DNA of 64,000 bases from IMG/VR virus record IMGVR_UViG_3300045988_156427, one strand, 5' to 3'. A program made the translations under genes and the position numbers. Origin of the DNA: a virus (lineage: Duplodnaviria > Heunggongvirae > Uroviricota > Caudoviricetes). A model generated the notes under the pieces. It was not told where the DNA came from, made no database searches, and saw only the letters and a list, made by a program, of their open reading frames with translations. This document shows positions 54,507 through 64,000 of the stretch, piece after piece; within the stretch, counting starts at the first letter, position 1, and each line of letters opens with the position of its first letter.

Positions 54507-55154
54507 ATGAGAAAACTATTACTACCGTTATTATTTATGGCTGGGACTGTTAATGCAGCATCAAGCGTAAAGGAGATTTGTACCGATTATACGAAATACC
54601 TTGGGCACGTTTACGGCTTTGCTGTCAGTCAAGACGAATCCATGCGCAAGAAGTTACTGTCAGATATGAAACGCCTTAAACTTTCTGAAGCGATGGTGCA
54701 GCAAGAACTGTATAAAGTCGCAACCAACGAAAATGCTAAATATCAATATTCTCGCCTGTTAAATCCCGACGCAAACGAGATCAATCGAAGCTCTTTCGAT
54801 TATATGGTAAAGGCATGCGAAACCGCTCCTGATTTTGCTATTCCTAGCTGGGGTGTGCTGGTGGCGAGCAATGCCGTTAATAAAGAAGACGTTGGAAGAA
54901 ATGGCATTGATTCAATCAGAAACTCACCGGGAATGCGCCATCAAAACGTTCAGGGTACGCTTGAAGAACGGGCCAGGGGGCCGGGTACAAACTCCCCAAT
55001 GGGAAACCTCTCCCCGGAGGAATTGCAAGAGTATAACCAACGGATGGAGCAGTATGAGAAAGCTGCACGCGAAAAAATGGAACAACAAAAAAACGGATCT
55101 CTTAATACTTTCCAGCAAGGTTTAAAAGCGCTTAATTTACCCTATGAATGGTGA
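54507..55154 (+). CDS. secreted protein, candidate superinfection-exclusion (Sim-like) factor
   Basis: Track ORF 54480..55154 trimmed to Met after GGTGAGG; signal peptide MRKLLLPLLFMAGTVNA; AT-rich; shares motif with Sit. Confidence 0.45.
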   Translation: MRKLLLPLLFMAGTVNAASSVKEICTDYTKYLGHVYGFAVSQDESMRKKLLSDMKRLKLSEAMVQQELYKVATNENAKYQYSRLLNPDANEINRSSFDYMVKACETAPDFAIPSWGVLVASNAVNKEDVGRNGIDSIRNSPGMRHQNVQGTLEERARGPGTNSPMGNLSPEELQEYNQRMEQYEKAAREKMEQQKNGSLNTFQQGLKALNLPYEW

Positions 55155-55205
55155 ATATATGGTGGTTAACTAATTAAAATATTAATATCCAAAGGAGATA
55201 AATTA

Positions 55206-55682
55206 ATGCGCATCAAACGATTTTTACTAGTTATTGCTTTGCTTACTCCGTTTTCATCAATGGCAAATGTAAGCAAATGGTCAACCGGCGAGACTCATGG
55301 TGTTCGTTCTTATGCTGTTTCCAGCAAAGATAATTATACGCTTACATTTGAGTGCGATGTTGGATTTAATAATACGGATCCCAATCAAGTAGGAACACGA
55401 CTACTCACTCTCATGAAAACAGAACCTGGCGGTGAGTCATTTGATGCTAAAAAAGAACAAATAACGCTGAAAGTTGGTGATGATGAATATCCTATCAGTT
55501 CTATCGGTTCCTCTGTGGGTGATAGTTACTGGTATGGTTTTTGGTCAGATACCCCTGATATGGAAGTTAAAACATTCGATGCATACGTAGACGGAAAAAA
55601 AATCGCAACATTTACGCTACGTAAGGCCGCAGAGCTTTTCAACGCGGCACCTGAAGATGGCTGCCTGAAGCGCGCAAAATGA
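55206..55682 (+). CDS. secreted hypothetical protein
   Basis: Signal peptide MRIKRFLLVIALLTPFSSMA; AT-rich. Confidence 0.45.
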   Translation: MRIKRFLLVIALLTPFSSMANVSKWSTGETHGVRSYAVSSKDNYTLTFECDVGFNNTDPNQVGTRLLTLMKTEPGGESFDAKKEQITLKVGDDEYPISSIGSSVGDSYWYGFWSDTPDMEVKTFDAYVDGKKIATFTLRKAAELFNAAPEDGCLKRAK

Positions 55683-55697
55683 CCTGTCACAAATGAC

Positions 55698-56307
<610 letters not shown>

Positions 56308-56317
56308 GGGGGCTGAT

Positions 56318-56929
56318 ATGGGGCTTAATGTTGCTTCAGTAAAGTCTTATGTATCTTCGGCATTAACGACGACATTATTTGGCTCCGGCGTTGGTGAGCG
56401 GGAAGTTGGTAAGCTGACGTCAATCATCATGAACAAAATGCTGTTCGCGCAAGGATGGCAGTTCTCTGTCGAAGTTGATGGTCTGGAGGGGGCAGACTTC
56501 TTTGCTAAAGACATTACCTACCACGATTACAGCATCGAATATGAAACGATTAAAATCGGCGGAGGGAATATCCTTCAGCCAACGGAGCGTTCGCCTGGGC
56601 AGATAACAATGATGGTCAGGGATACCGTTGATGGCCTCGTTTTGGACTGGTTTAAGACGGCAAAAGGTCGGGTGATCAATCCGGACGGTACCGGGAATAT
56701 ACCGTCTAAATATTTGCTCAATGTGCGTATTTATCGGTTGCTGTCCTCCGGTTTAACCAAACTGGAAAATGAGATGACGGTATTCCCGGTCACTACCGGC
56801 GATGTCACCTATGCGCGGGATCAGGTTACGGAATTTAAGTCATTCCCAATGACCTTCGCATTGCACAGCACGTTTAACCAATCCTCAAGTTCTTTAGCTT
56901 CCCTTCTGGGCTTTAGTTTTTCTCTTTGA
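56318..56929 (+). CDS. putative tail tube protein
   Basis: 203 aa, two genes upstream of tape-measure-like Sit; positional inference. Confidence 0.35.
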   Translation: MGLNVASVKSYVSSALTTTLFGSGVGEREVGKLTSIIMNKMLFAQGWQFSVEVDGLEGADFFAKDITYHDYSIEYETIKIGGGNILQPTERSPGQITMMVRDTVDGLVLDWFKTAKGRVINPDGTGNIPSKYLLNVRIYRLLSSGLTKLENEMTVFPVTTGDVTYARDQVTEFKSFPMTFALHSTFNQSSSSLASLLGFSFSL

Positions 56930-56943
56930 ATTAAGGAGCAAGG

Positions 56944-57825
56944 ATGCTTTTACCTCTTTTCCCGCTACCATCGCGGCCAACTGAATTGATCCAGTTCCGT
57001 CAGCCAAATATTGCTGATGCGATGCGTTTCAACTCGATAACACCGGAGGAACAAGAACAACAGACAACGGCGTATTTAAAAGCCTTGCTGGCTGAACCCG
57101 CGAAATATGATCCCCTGACATGGACGGCGCAGGACCGGATTACCGCGTTATGGTGGATATTTACTGGCTCCCGTGAAACACCGGTCGAGACATTCACCTA
57201 CACCTGTAAACATTGCGGTAAAGAGCATTATTACGATTGCGATATGAATGCTCTGGCTGAAGATATCCAGGTCCTGGAAGTGGAACCGTTCATTGACGAT
57301 ATTGAGGTGTCTGTAGAGGGCGTGCCTTATCAATGGCGTATCGTGCCGCTTGATGGTTGGGCAATGGAAATGCTGGAGATGCGCCGTGCAGCATTGCCAC
57401 CTGAAGACGACGCGGAATTCAAAGAAGCGATCGTTGATTTGCGTTTTTGGGAATTCGCTTATCAGTGTGAACTTTATAACGATGTTAGCGGTACTCGTGA
57501 AGAGCAGGCTGAGCGTCGTTATGAAACGATCAAACGGATGGCCATTGATACTGAATTTATGAAGCTGGCGGCACACATCCGGCTGGCTCATGAAAAGCTC
57601 GAACATGGTTTACCGTGCTACATCGATAAAGGCGAAATGCGTCTTCGTCTCCCGCCGCACAAATGCCCAAACCAGGATACAAAGGAGTCCACAGAGGGTG
57701 CGTATACCCGTCTGTGGGTGCCCTTTCGGGCTACCGACTTCATTCCACAGGTGGGGATTGAAAAGCTATCAGACCTTAGTGTCCAACCTGGTTTTGTATG
57801 GGGGTATACCGATTCAGGACGCTGA
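56944..57825 (+). CDS. putative tail assembly chaperone
   Basis: Directly upstream of Sit; long overlapping open frame 57590..57895. Confidence 0.35.
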   Translation: MLLPLFPLPSRPTELIQFRQPNIADAMRFNSITPEEQEQQTTAYLKALLAEPAKYDPLTWTAQDRITALWWIFTGSRETPVETFTYTCKHCGKEHYYDCDMNALAEDIQVLEVEPFIDDIEVSVEGVPYQWRIVPLDGWAMEMLEMRRAALPPEDDAEFKEAIVDLRFWEFAYQCELYNDVSGTREEQAERRYETIKRMAIDTEFMKLAAHIRLAHEKLEHGLPCYIDKGEMRLRLPPHKCPNQDTKESTEGAYTRLWVPFRATDFIPQVGIEKLSDLSVQPGFVWGYTDSGR

Positions 57826-57906
57826 AAGGCTCACTGAATCCTATGCGTTTTTCCTGTTGGAGAAACTGGAAGAAAAACTTAAACCGAAGCGGTAGGCGAT
57901 AAGATC

Positions 57907-60900
57907 ATGGAAAGAAAAAACGCCAACATTGACGATGTGATAAGGACGGTTGAAACCGCCAGCGCAAAAGAGCTGGAAGAGCTTGCAGGTATTCGGGAAG
58001 CCGTTGAAGATTTGAAAGGTGGGCGAGTTGCTACAGTTGATCCTGTCTCTCGCAGTGTGTCGGCATTAAATCGCACAATCGAAAATTCCCGGCCAGACTT
58101 TGTGGCCAATGCGCCATCAGTGGACCCTATTGTTGAGGCAATGAAACGGCTTAATTTAGGGGACGTTTCTCGTGTAGTTCAGGAGGATGTTGCTCTACAG
58201 GAACCGCAGGCCAAATCAACTACGCGAAAGGGTAAAAAACGACGCAAGAAGGCTATAACAGAAGATGTAAAGGCGCAACGGACCGAAGCAGCCGAACACG
58301 CTCGCGAAATGTTCGGTCAAAAAGGCGGTGCGCAAAAAAGCCAAAACCAACGCGATGCGCGTGGTCGTTTTATTGGAAAGTCAGGGAGTAAGGCCGCAGC
58401 GGAAGATGCCCGTGCTGAACGTGCTGAAAAGGCCAGGCGCAAAGAGGATGATGAGCGTCTAAATGCTGAATCAGGTTTATTAAAAAAACTGTCAAAAGTA
58501 GCTGAAGGCATAGGTAACCCTTCAGAGACTCGTGCCGTCGATGCGTTAGGTTATGCCGTTGCTGGTCCATTGTGGGCAGCAGGGAAGGAGCTTGGCGGGA
58601 TATCAAAAGAAGTTGGTGGATCGCTTAATGGTGCCAGAAAGTCTATTGCCGATGTGATTCGTGGCAATGACGATAACAGCCGTAGAAAAGGTTTTTTTAG
58701 GCGTAAATCGCAAAATAGTGCCGATGTCGTTCAGGTTAACACCCAAAAACGGACGGTTCAGGAACTTCAGGAGCAGACCAGCGAAATTAAAGAGGGCAAT
58801 GACAAGATTCTCCGCGCCCTTGATCAGATAGCCAAAAACACCGGGAAAAAGAAGGGCGGCTTGCTGTCCAAACTATTTAGCCTGTTAGGGAAGGGGGCCG
58901 GTGGCGTCGCGTCGTTGTTAATGGGGCGTGGCATGCTGAAAAAAGCTGGAGCACTCGCTTTTGGCGCTCTGGGGGCAAAGAAACTTGTAGGAATGCTACG
59001 CGGTGGTGGCAAGAAGACTCTCGCCCATGAAGGCGGAGATTTGGCTGCCCGGGCAGCAGGTAAACTTGGATTAAAGGCAGTTGGTAAAGGGGCGTTACGC
59101 GCAATTCCCCTAGTCGGCACAGTGGCTGGAGGTATTTATGATGCGGTAACCGGTTGGAATGATACAGAAGCGCAACGTCGAGCGTTTGGGCTTAAATCAG
59201 GACAAGATCCATCATTCCAGCAAAAAGCCGCTTATACGTTAGCTAATGTTCTTGATATGGGGGGACTGGTATCTGGTATTAGCAGCGCCATTGGTGAGGT
59301 TCTCAAATCACTTGGATTTGAGGATATCGGCAATATGTTGCAATCATTTTCGACGGAAAGTATTGCCCAGGCCATTGATAGTGGGATTACCAACTTAGAA
59401 ACATATATTTCTAACCTTGGCGACACCATTTCTACCAAGTTCGATGATTACACAGCAAAGATTGGTGATGCTGTTTCAGCATGGTTTAGCGATACATCTA
59501 ATAAGCTGCTTGAAAAGCTGGATGCCATCAAAGACTTCTTTACTGTCGATAACCTGAAACAGGTTTTCAGTGATGCAATTGATAGTGCAATTGATTTCAT
59601 TAAGAACCCAGGGAAACATATTAAAGAGGCGGCTGGTAATATTTGGGATGGGGTTAAAAATTTCCCCGGTAAAGCATTAGATGCAGCGGTTGATGCCGTT
59701 AAAAATACCCCTGCGGCAATGATTGTATCAAAAATACCCAATCCGATCGGCGAGGCTAATGCGAAAGAAATCACTCCAGAGTTAAAAGCTCCGGTTAATA
59801 GCCACCAGGAGACATCTGATTCTAAAACTGAATCCGATGCCAAACAGACTAATATTGTTACCCGCGTGATAAATGCGGCACTGGACACGGCGAAAGATAG
59901 CAATAAAACAGTTAAAGAAACTGCTAATCAGATTATCAATGCAAATGCCGTAGAAACGGGCAATAGCGCGTTGCAGAAAATTGATAAAGCTATTGGTCAA
60001 AATAGCTCGTCATCATCGTCGCTTAATACCACTGGCACCAGGAATGACATTCAGAAAGCTGCGGATACCTACAACAATGGCAACTTGGATGTAAAAGTCG
60101 GAAGTCTTGGCGCTGAAGGTAAGGCAAATCTCGATAAGTTGGCTCCGTATTTTGCCGAACTAGAGAATAAATACGGTCTTCCAGAAGGCACTCTTTACGC
60201 GATTGCTGCAACTGAATCTGGTGGTAATCCGTATGCAAAATCCCAAACCGGTGCTCTGGGGATGTTTCAGTTCACGGGGATTGCTCGTGAAGAGACTGGC
60301 TTAGCTGAAGGTGAATCGTTTGATCCTGTGAAATCGGCAGAAGCTGCGGCTCTTCTCATGAGCAAATATCTGAAGCAAGCCAATGGAGACTTAAACGAGG
60401 CCATCACTGCATATAATGCTGGGTTTGGCACTATCAATAAGTGGAAAAAAGGCACAGGTGACTTATCGAAAGAAAACCGTGAGTACGCGATCAAGGTCAA
60501 TACTCATCGTGCTCGCTATTTAGGTGGTGAAATCTATACACCTGGAGCAGGAGCACAGGGTGGGGCGCAATATGGAGTGAGGGGACCACTGCCTGATAAC
60601 GCTGTTATCGATCAGTCTACTGGCCTGGCGTTTACCCCTGGTGATAGCCCGTTTGAGAAAGGCGGTCTGGTAGACAAAATTGGCAATGCTGTTGGCGTTA
60701 ACGATCTGGTCAACAAATTCATGAATGGCCGGGGTATGCGTCGGGAAGTCGTTCAGGGAACGCTCGAAGAACGTGCACGAGGGAAGGGGACCGCAACAGC
60801 AGCTGGCAATGTGTATGTTGATACTCCGATGCCAGTTGAAGAGGCGCGTCCTGTGGCCAGCAACTCAAGTTACTTTGACCAACTCGGCGCACAAATGGGG

Positions 60901-61299
60901 ATTGATGGACTATTTGATAAACTCCGCAACTCGCCGGGGATGCGGAAAAATAATGCGCCTGAACCAGCCTCCACGTCCCAGGTGACGACTGCCGCCAACG
61001 ATTTGCAGCAACCAACCGGTCGTATGCAGATAGACGGACAGGTTATTAGTGACCTTGGCGGCTCCGGTGCCAAGCCGACAATGCAGTTGGCTGATAATAC
61101 CGTTTCACTTGATGGTGAAACGAAGCGGCTGTTTGCGCAGATGACCTCATTGCTTGCCAGGATTGAAGAGCACACTAAAGACTCGGCGAAAGGCCAGGGA
61201 ACTGTCGTAAAGGTCAGCACGCCTCAACCGGGCGTTATGCGCACGGTGCCACTGTCAATTGATGATCCGTTGATGAATGACTACGCGAGAGTTGATTGA
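57907..61299 (+). CDS. sit: Sit, tape-measure-like structural injection protein with lytic transglycosylase (SLT) domain
   Basis: 1130 aa; SLT motif AIAATESGGNPYAKSQTGALGMFQFT; long Gly/Lys-rich repeats. Confidence 0.85.
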   Translation: MERKNANIDDVIRTVETASAKELEELAGIREAVEDLKGGRVATVDPVSRSVSALNRTIENSRPDFVANAPSVDPIVEAMKRLNLGDVSRVVQEDVALQEPQAKSTTRKGKKRRKKAITEDVKAQRTEAAEHAREMFGQKGGAQKSQNQRDARGRFIGKSGSKAAAEDARAERAEKARRKEDDERLNAESGLLKKLSKVAEGIGNPSETRAVDALGYAVAGPLWAAGKELGGISKEVGGSLNGARKSIADVIRGNDDNSRRKGFFRRKSQNSADVVQVNTQKRTVQELQEQTSEIKEGNDKILRALDQIAKNTGKKKGGLLSKLFSLLGKGAGGVASLLMGRGMLKKAGALAFGALGAKKLVGMLRGGGKKTLAHEGGDLAARAAGKLGLKAVGKGALRAIPLVGTVAGGIYDAVTGWNDTEAQRRAFGLKSGQDPSFQQKAAYTLANVLDMGGLVSGISSAIGEVLKSLGFEDIGNMLQSFSTESIAQAIDSGITNLETYISNLGDTISTKFDDYTAKIGDAVSAWFSDTSNKLLEKLDAIKDFFTVDNLKQVFSDAIDSAIDFIKNPGKHIKEAAGNIWDGVKNFPGKALDAAVDAVKNTPAAMIVSKIPNPIGEANAKEITPELKAPVNSHQETSDSKTESDAKQTNIVTRVINAALDTAKDSNKTVKETANQIINANAVETGNSALQKIDKAIGQNSSSSSSLNTTGTRNDIQKAADTYNNGNLDVKVGSLGAEGKANLDKLAPYFAELENKYGLPEGTLYAIAATESGGNPYAKSQTGALGMFQFTGIAREETGLAEGESFDPVKSAEAAALLMSKYLKQANGDLNEAITAYNAGFGTINKWKKGTGDLSKENREYAIKVNTHRARYLGGEIYTPGAGAQGGAQYGVRGPLPDNAVIDQSTGLAFTPGDSPFEKGGLVDKIGNAVGVNDLVNKFMNGRGMRREVVQGTLEERARGKGTATAAGNVYVDTPMPVEEARPVASNSSYFDQLGAQMGIDGLFDKLRNSPGMRKNNAPEPASTSQVTTAANDLQQPTGRMQIDGQVISDLGGSGAKPTMQLADNTVSLDGETKRLFAQMTSLLARIEEHTKDSAKGQGTVVKVSTPQPGVMRTVPLSIDDPLMNDYARVD

Positions 61300-61655
61300 T
61301 GGCCAACAATAACGAAATTGATCCTTTGCTGACGCTGGAGTTATCCGGCGTAAAAACGTATGAGTCCCAGGAGGAGGCCTGGGGCGCTCGTTTATATGAG
61401 TGGCTAAACACTTATCAGGGTGAGGTATACGGAGATCCGTCATGGGGCAATGTTTTACCGCAGTTTAAACACGAACCGACCAACTTGTCGCATGTTCAAA
61501 TTGCGGTTGAGGCAATGCTTTTGCAAAAACTGACGGTAGATTTACCCGACATACCGATTTCTGGCTTGTCAGTAGCCGAGGGAGATGCTTTTGATAAGTT
61601 GAAAATATCCATTCGTATCAGGGATATAACTATCACACAGGACGTGGTGCTATGA
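61296..61655 (+). CDS. small baseplate-associated protein
   Basis: 119 aa coupled to Sit stop. Confidence 0.35.
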   Translation: MMANNNEIDPLLTLELSGVKTYESQEEAWGARLYEWLNTYQGEVYGDPSWGNVLPQFKHEPTNLSHVQIAVEAMLLQKLTVDLPDIPISGLSVAEGDAFDKLKISIRIRDITITQDVVL

Positions 61656-63085
61656 GTAAAACAACACCTACTAAAGACAGTATTCGTGCAGAGTTTGAAG
61701 AGCTTGTCGAGAAAGATTCATTCTGGTCGAAGTTTGTCGGCTCTCAATTTGTCTCGATGCTGACATTGTTTATTACCCAGATTGTCTACAGGTGCTTTCA
61801 GTATGCCGATGCGGCGCTGGCTGAAGGCTTTATATCGACCGCGACGCGGCGTTCTTCTATCCTGGCAGCGGCAGAAACGAATAGTTACGTTGGTACCAAG
61901 CCAACACCGTCATCGGGGATGATTGAGATCACCGCCACAAGTGAAGATGCCCCAGCGGTAATCCCCAAAAACATGCCTTTAATATCTGACGACCAGTATC
62001 CTTACATGACTATGGATGTATGCAGGTTGGTTGACGGCACCGGTACGGTAGAAGTGGCACAGTTGGAAATCCAGGAGGTGACATATACCGTTACGGCAGC
62101 CAAAGAATTTCTGGAAGTCGTGTTATCAAAGGCTCTCACTGCTGTCTGCTATAAGCTGGAAGTATTCGTGACGACCGATGGTAAGACCACGCAGTGGTCT
62201 TCCAGCACTATGTTCCGGTTAGCCGGTAGTAAAAGCCAGGTCTACGTTGAGTTTTATAAACCATCCGAGCAGTTGGGGGTTCGATTCGGTGATGGGCTAA
62301 TTGGGCAAATACCGCCAGAAGGCTCGACCATTACGCTTAAGGTATGGTGCACCAACGGCGATATAACCCTGGTTGCTGGCCAAAACCTGACGCCTGTCGA
62401 TTCTGCGGCTAATTTAGCTAATTTGATTTCAGTTAAGACAACGACACCTATAACCGCAGGTACCGATGCCGAAACAACGGAGATCACACGTAACCGTGCA
62501 CAATATTACCTTGCCTATGATGATCAGGTCGTATGGGGCGGGGACTATACGTATTTTCTGGTGCGTAACATCCCGGGACTGTCCTGGGTAAAGGCATGGG
62601 GCGAAGGCCAGCAAGAGAAATTAGATGGTGCTTATAATGTTCGGAATATCAATAAGATATTTATTTCAGGATGGCATCCAAACAAAAGCCAGTCAGAGCT
62701 TGAAGAAATGATCCTGGCTGCCTTTAAGAAGGTGCCGAATGAGTTGAACAAGAAATTCTCGTATAAAGAGGTCAGAAAACTCCCCTTTAAGATCACCATC
62801 ACTGGGCGGATATCGGCAAGCCTGACCATTGAGAACGTGACTGATGAGCTGAAGTCGGCACTGGAAACAAAATTTGGGCGTGACTCAACTTTCTTTGATC
62901 CGAACCGTGTCGGCAAGTACATCCTAATCAAGAAAAAAGACGTTTGGGCATTTATCGAAACGCTGGGTTATTTCCGCGACTTTTATCTGGAATTTGTCGA
63001 GTGGAATGAGTCCAACGGCTTTTACGATTTCGTTTATCTGGATACAGAAAACTCCACCTTTAATATTTCGTATGAGGAGGAGTGA
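61652..63085 (+). CDS. putative baseplate protein
   Basis: ORF track, coupled. Confidence 0.4.
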   Translation: MSKTTPTKDSIRAEFEELVEKDSFWSKFVGSQFVSMLTLFITQIVYRCFQYADAALAEGFISTATRRSSILAAAETNSYVGTKPTPSSGMIEITATSEDAPAVIPKNMPLISDDQYPYMTMDVCRLVDGTGTVEVAQLEIQEVTYTVTAAKEFLEVVLSKALTAVCYKLEVFVTTDGKTTQWSSSTMFRLAGSKSQVYVEFYKPSEQLGVRFGDGLIGQIPPEGSTITLKVWCTNGDITLVAGQNLTPVDSAANLANLISVKTTTPITAGTDAETTEITRNRAQYYLAYDDQVVWGGDYTYFLVRNIPGLSWVKAWGEGQQEKLDGAYNVRNINKIFISGWHPNKSQSELEEMILAAFKKVPNELNKKFSYKEVRKLPFKITITGRISASLTIENVTDELKSALETKFGRDSTFFDPNRVGKYILIKKKDVWAFIETLGYFRDFYLEFVEWNESNGFYDFVYLDTENSTFNISYEEE

Positions 63086-63921
63086 TGCAGCGTTCCTGGT
63101 TTAATAACCGGCTTACATCAGCTAAGCAAAAGTCATTACTTTATAAATCATTGGCTGATTTGGTTCAGTCAATGATGGACACCTTTGTTGACCCATGGTT
63201 GGAGCGAATTACCAACCGGAAGTCTATTTTCTCCATGAGCAAGGAGGATCTGGAGACTAGGACAAATGAACTTGGCCAGTTTTTTACTATCAGAACGTCG
63301 AATTCATCTTCCGTTCCGATGTTGTTACAACAGCGGTTTGATGAGATCCATTTTAAGGGTACTGAACGCCCTATAAACCAGACAATTTATCGCGAATTTA
63401 ACGGTATATCGGTTTTATGGGATCCCATATATGCTCCGGTGGACTTTGAACGTCATCCCTATGGCACGGTCCTGATTCCAGAAAGCACACTGGAAACCAC
63501 CGGCGGCACATTCGGCGAGATGTTTCTGACTTCCAGAGGAATGATCAGTATTCCCATAAACGACCTGGCCCGGACAATGGGTATTACTGGAACGATAGAT
63601 CAGTCCGCAATTACAGAAGAAATTCTCAGAAAGTTTAATCAGTTCGTAAAGCCTCTACTGCCACTGCATATAGTGTTTGATGGGCTTACGCTCTATTTGT
63701 CGGTTGTTGTAAATGAACAGGCCGACATGATCACTTTGAATGAGATTTCTGATACCGAAAAAGCATTCTGCTGGTTTGAAACTTCGGATACAACTTCGCT
63801 TACTGAAGTTACGTCGATTAACGCCCCGATCACTGCAACGCCGGGCGGCACTATTGTGAAAGCAACGCCTACGTTTGATCGCACCCGCGCAGATGATTTG
63901 CTGTTGGATAGCGATGCGTGA
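63082..63921 (+). CDS. putative baseplate/tail protein
   Basis: ORF track, coupled. Confidence 0.4.
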   Translation: MMQRSWFNNRLTSAKQKSLLYKSLADLVQSMMDTFVDPWLERITNRKSIFSMSKEDLETRTNELGQFFTIRTSNSSSVPMLLQQRFDEIHFKGTERPINQTIYREFNGISVLWDPIYAPVDFERHPYGTVLIPESTLETTGGTFGEMFLTSRGMISIPINDLARTMGITGTIDQSAITEEILRKFNQFVKPLLPLHIVFDGLTLYLSVVVNEQADMITLNEISDTEKAFCWFETSDTTSLTEVTSINAPITATPGGTIVKATPTFDRTRADDLLLDSDA

Positions 63922-64000
63922 CAATCACCCCGTCCGCAGGGCGGGGTGAACCGCCCCGGGTTTCCTGGAGAGTGTTTTATCTGTGAACTCAGGCTGCCAG

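Noticed and set aside
57590-57895. Track ORF as an independent 101-aa gene
   Set aside because: Almost entirely overlaps the upstream chaperone-like ORF; kept only as a possible frameshift extension.

Overview
The window is a near-canonical P1-family phage-plasmid genome segment, in reverse orientation to the usual P1 map. I recognise from memory, with no database search run, Cre with loxP, Coi and C1, PacB/PacA with the GATC-hexamer pac site, Phd/Doc, HumD behind a LexA box, a theta-subunit homologue, Ban helicase, three tRNAs, the Dmt methyltransferase fusion, an RdgC homologue, the iteron replicon (oriR/incC-repA-incA) with ParA/ParB, capsid and tail genes, the immI/lytic-replicon block (icd-ant-kilA-repL) and Sit, plus about 15 C1 operator sites. 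Three things stand out against that backbone. (1) At the left edge, where P1 carries its type III res/mod genes, there is instead an AT-rich gene whose first 312 codons carry SIR2-type NADase motifs; it runs off the window, so the system cannot be classified here. (2) A complete Hok/Gef-family type I toxin gene with a mok-like overlapping frame sits between the structural block and repL, and was missed by the 60-aa ORF track. (3) A secreted protein next to immI shares a short peptide motif with the C-terminal part of Sit. Many CDS calls in the unnamed blocks are positional or motif-level only. Coordinates of hand-located sites may be off by a base or two.
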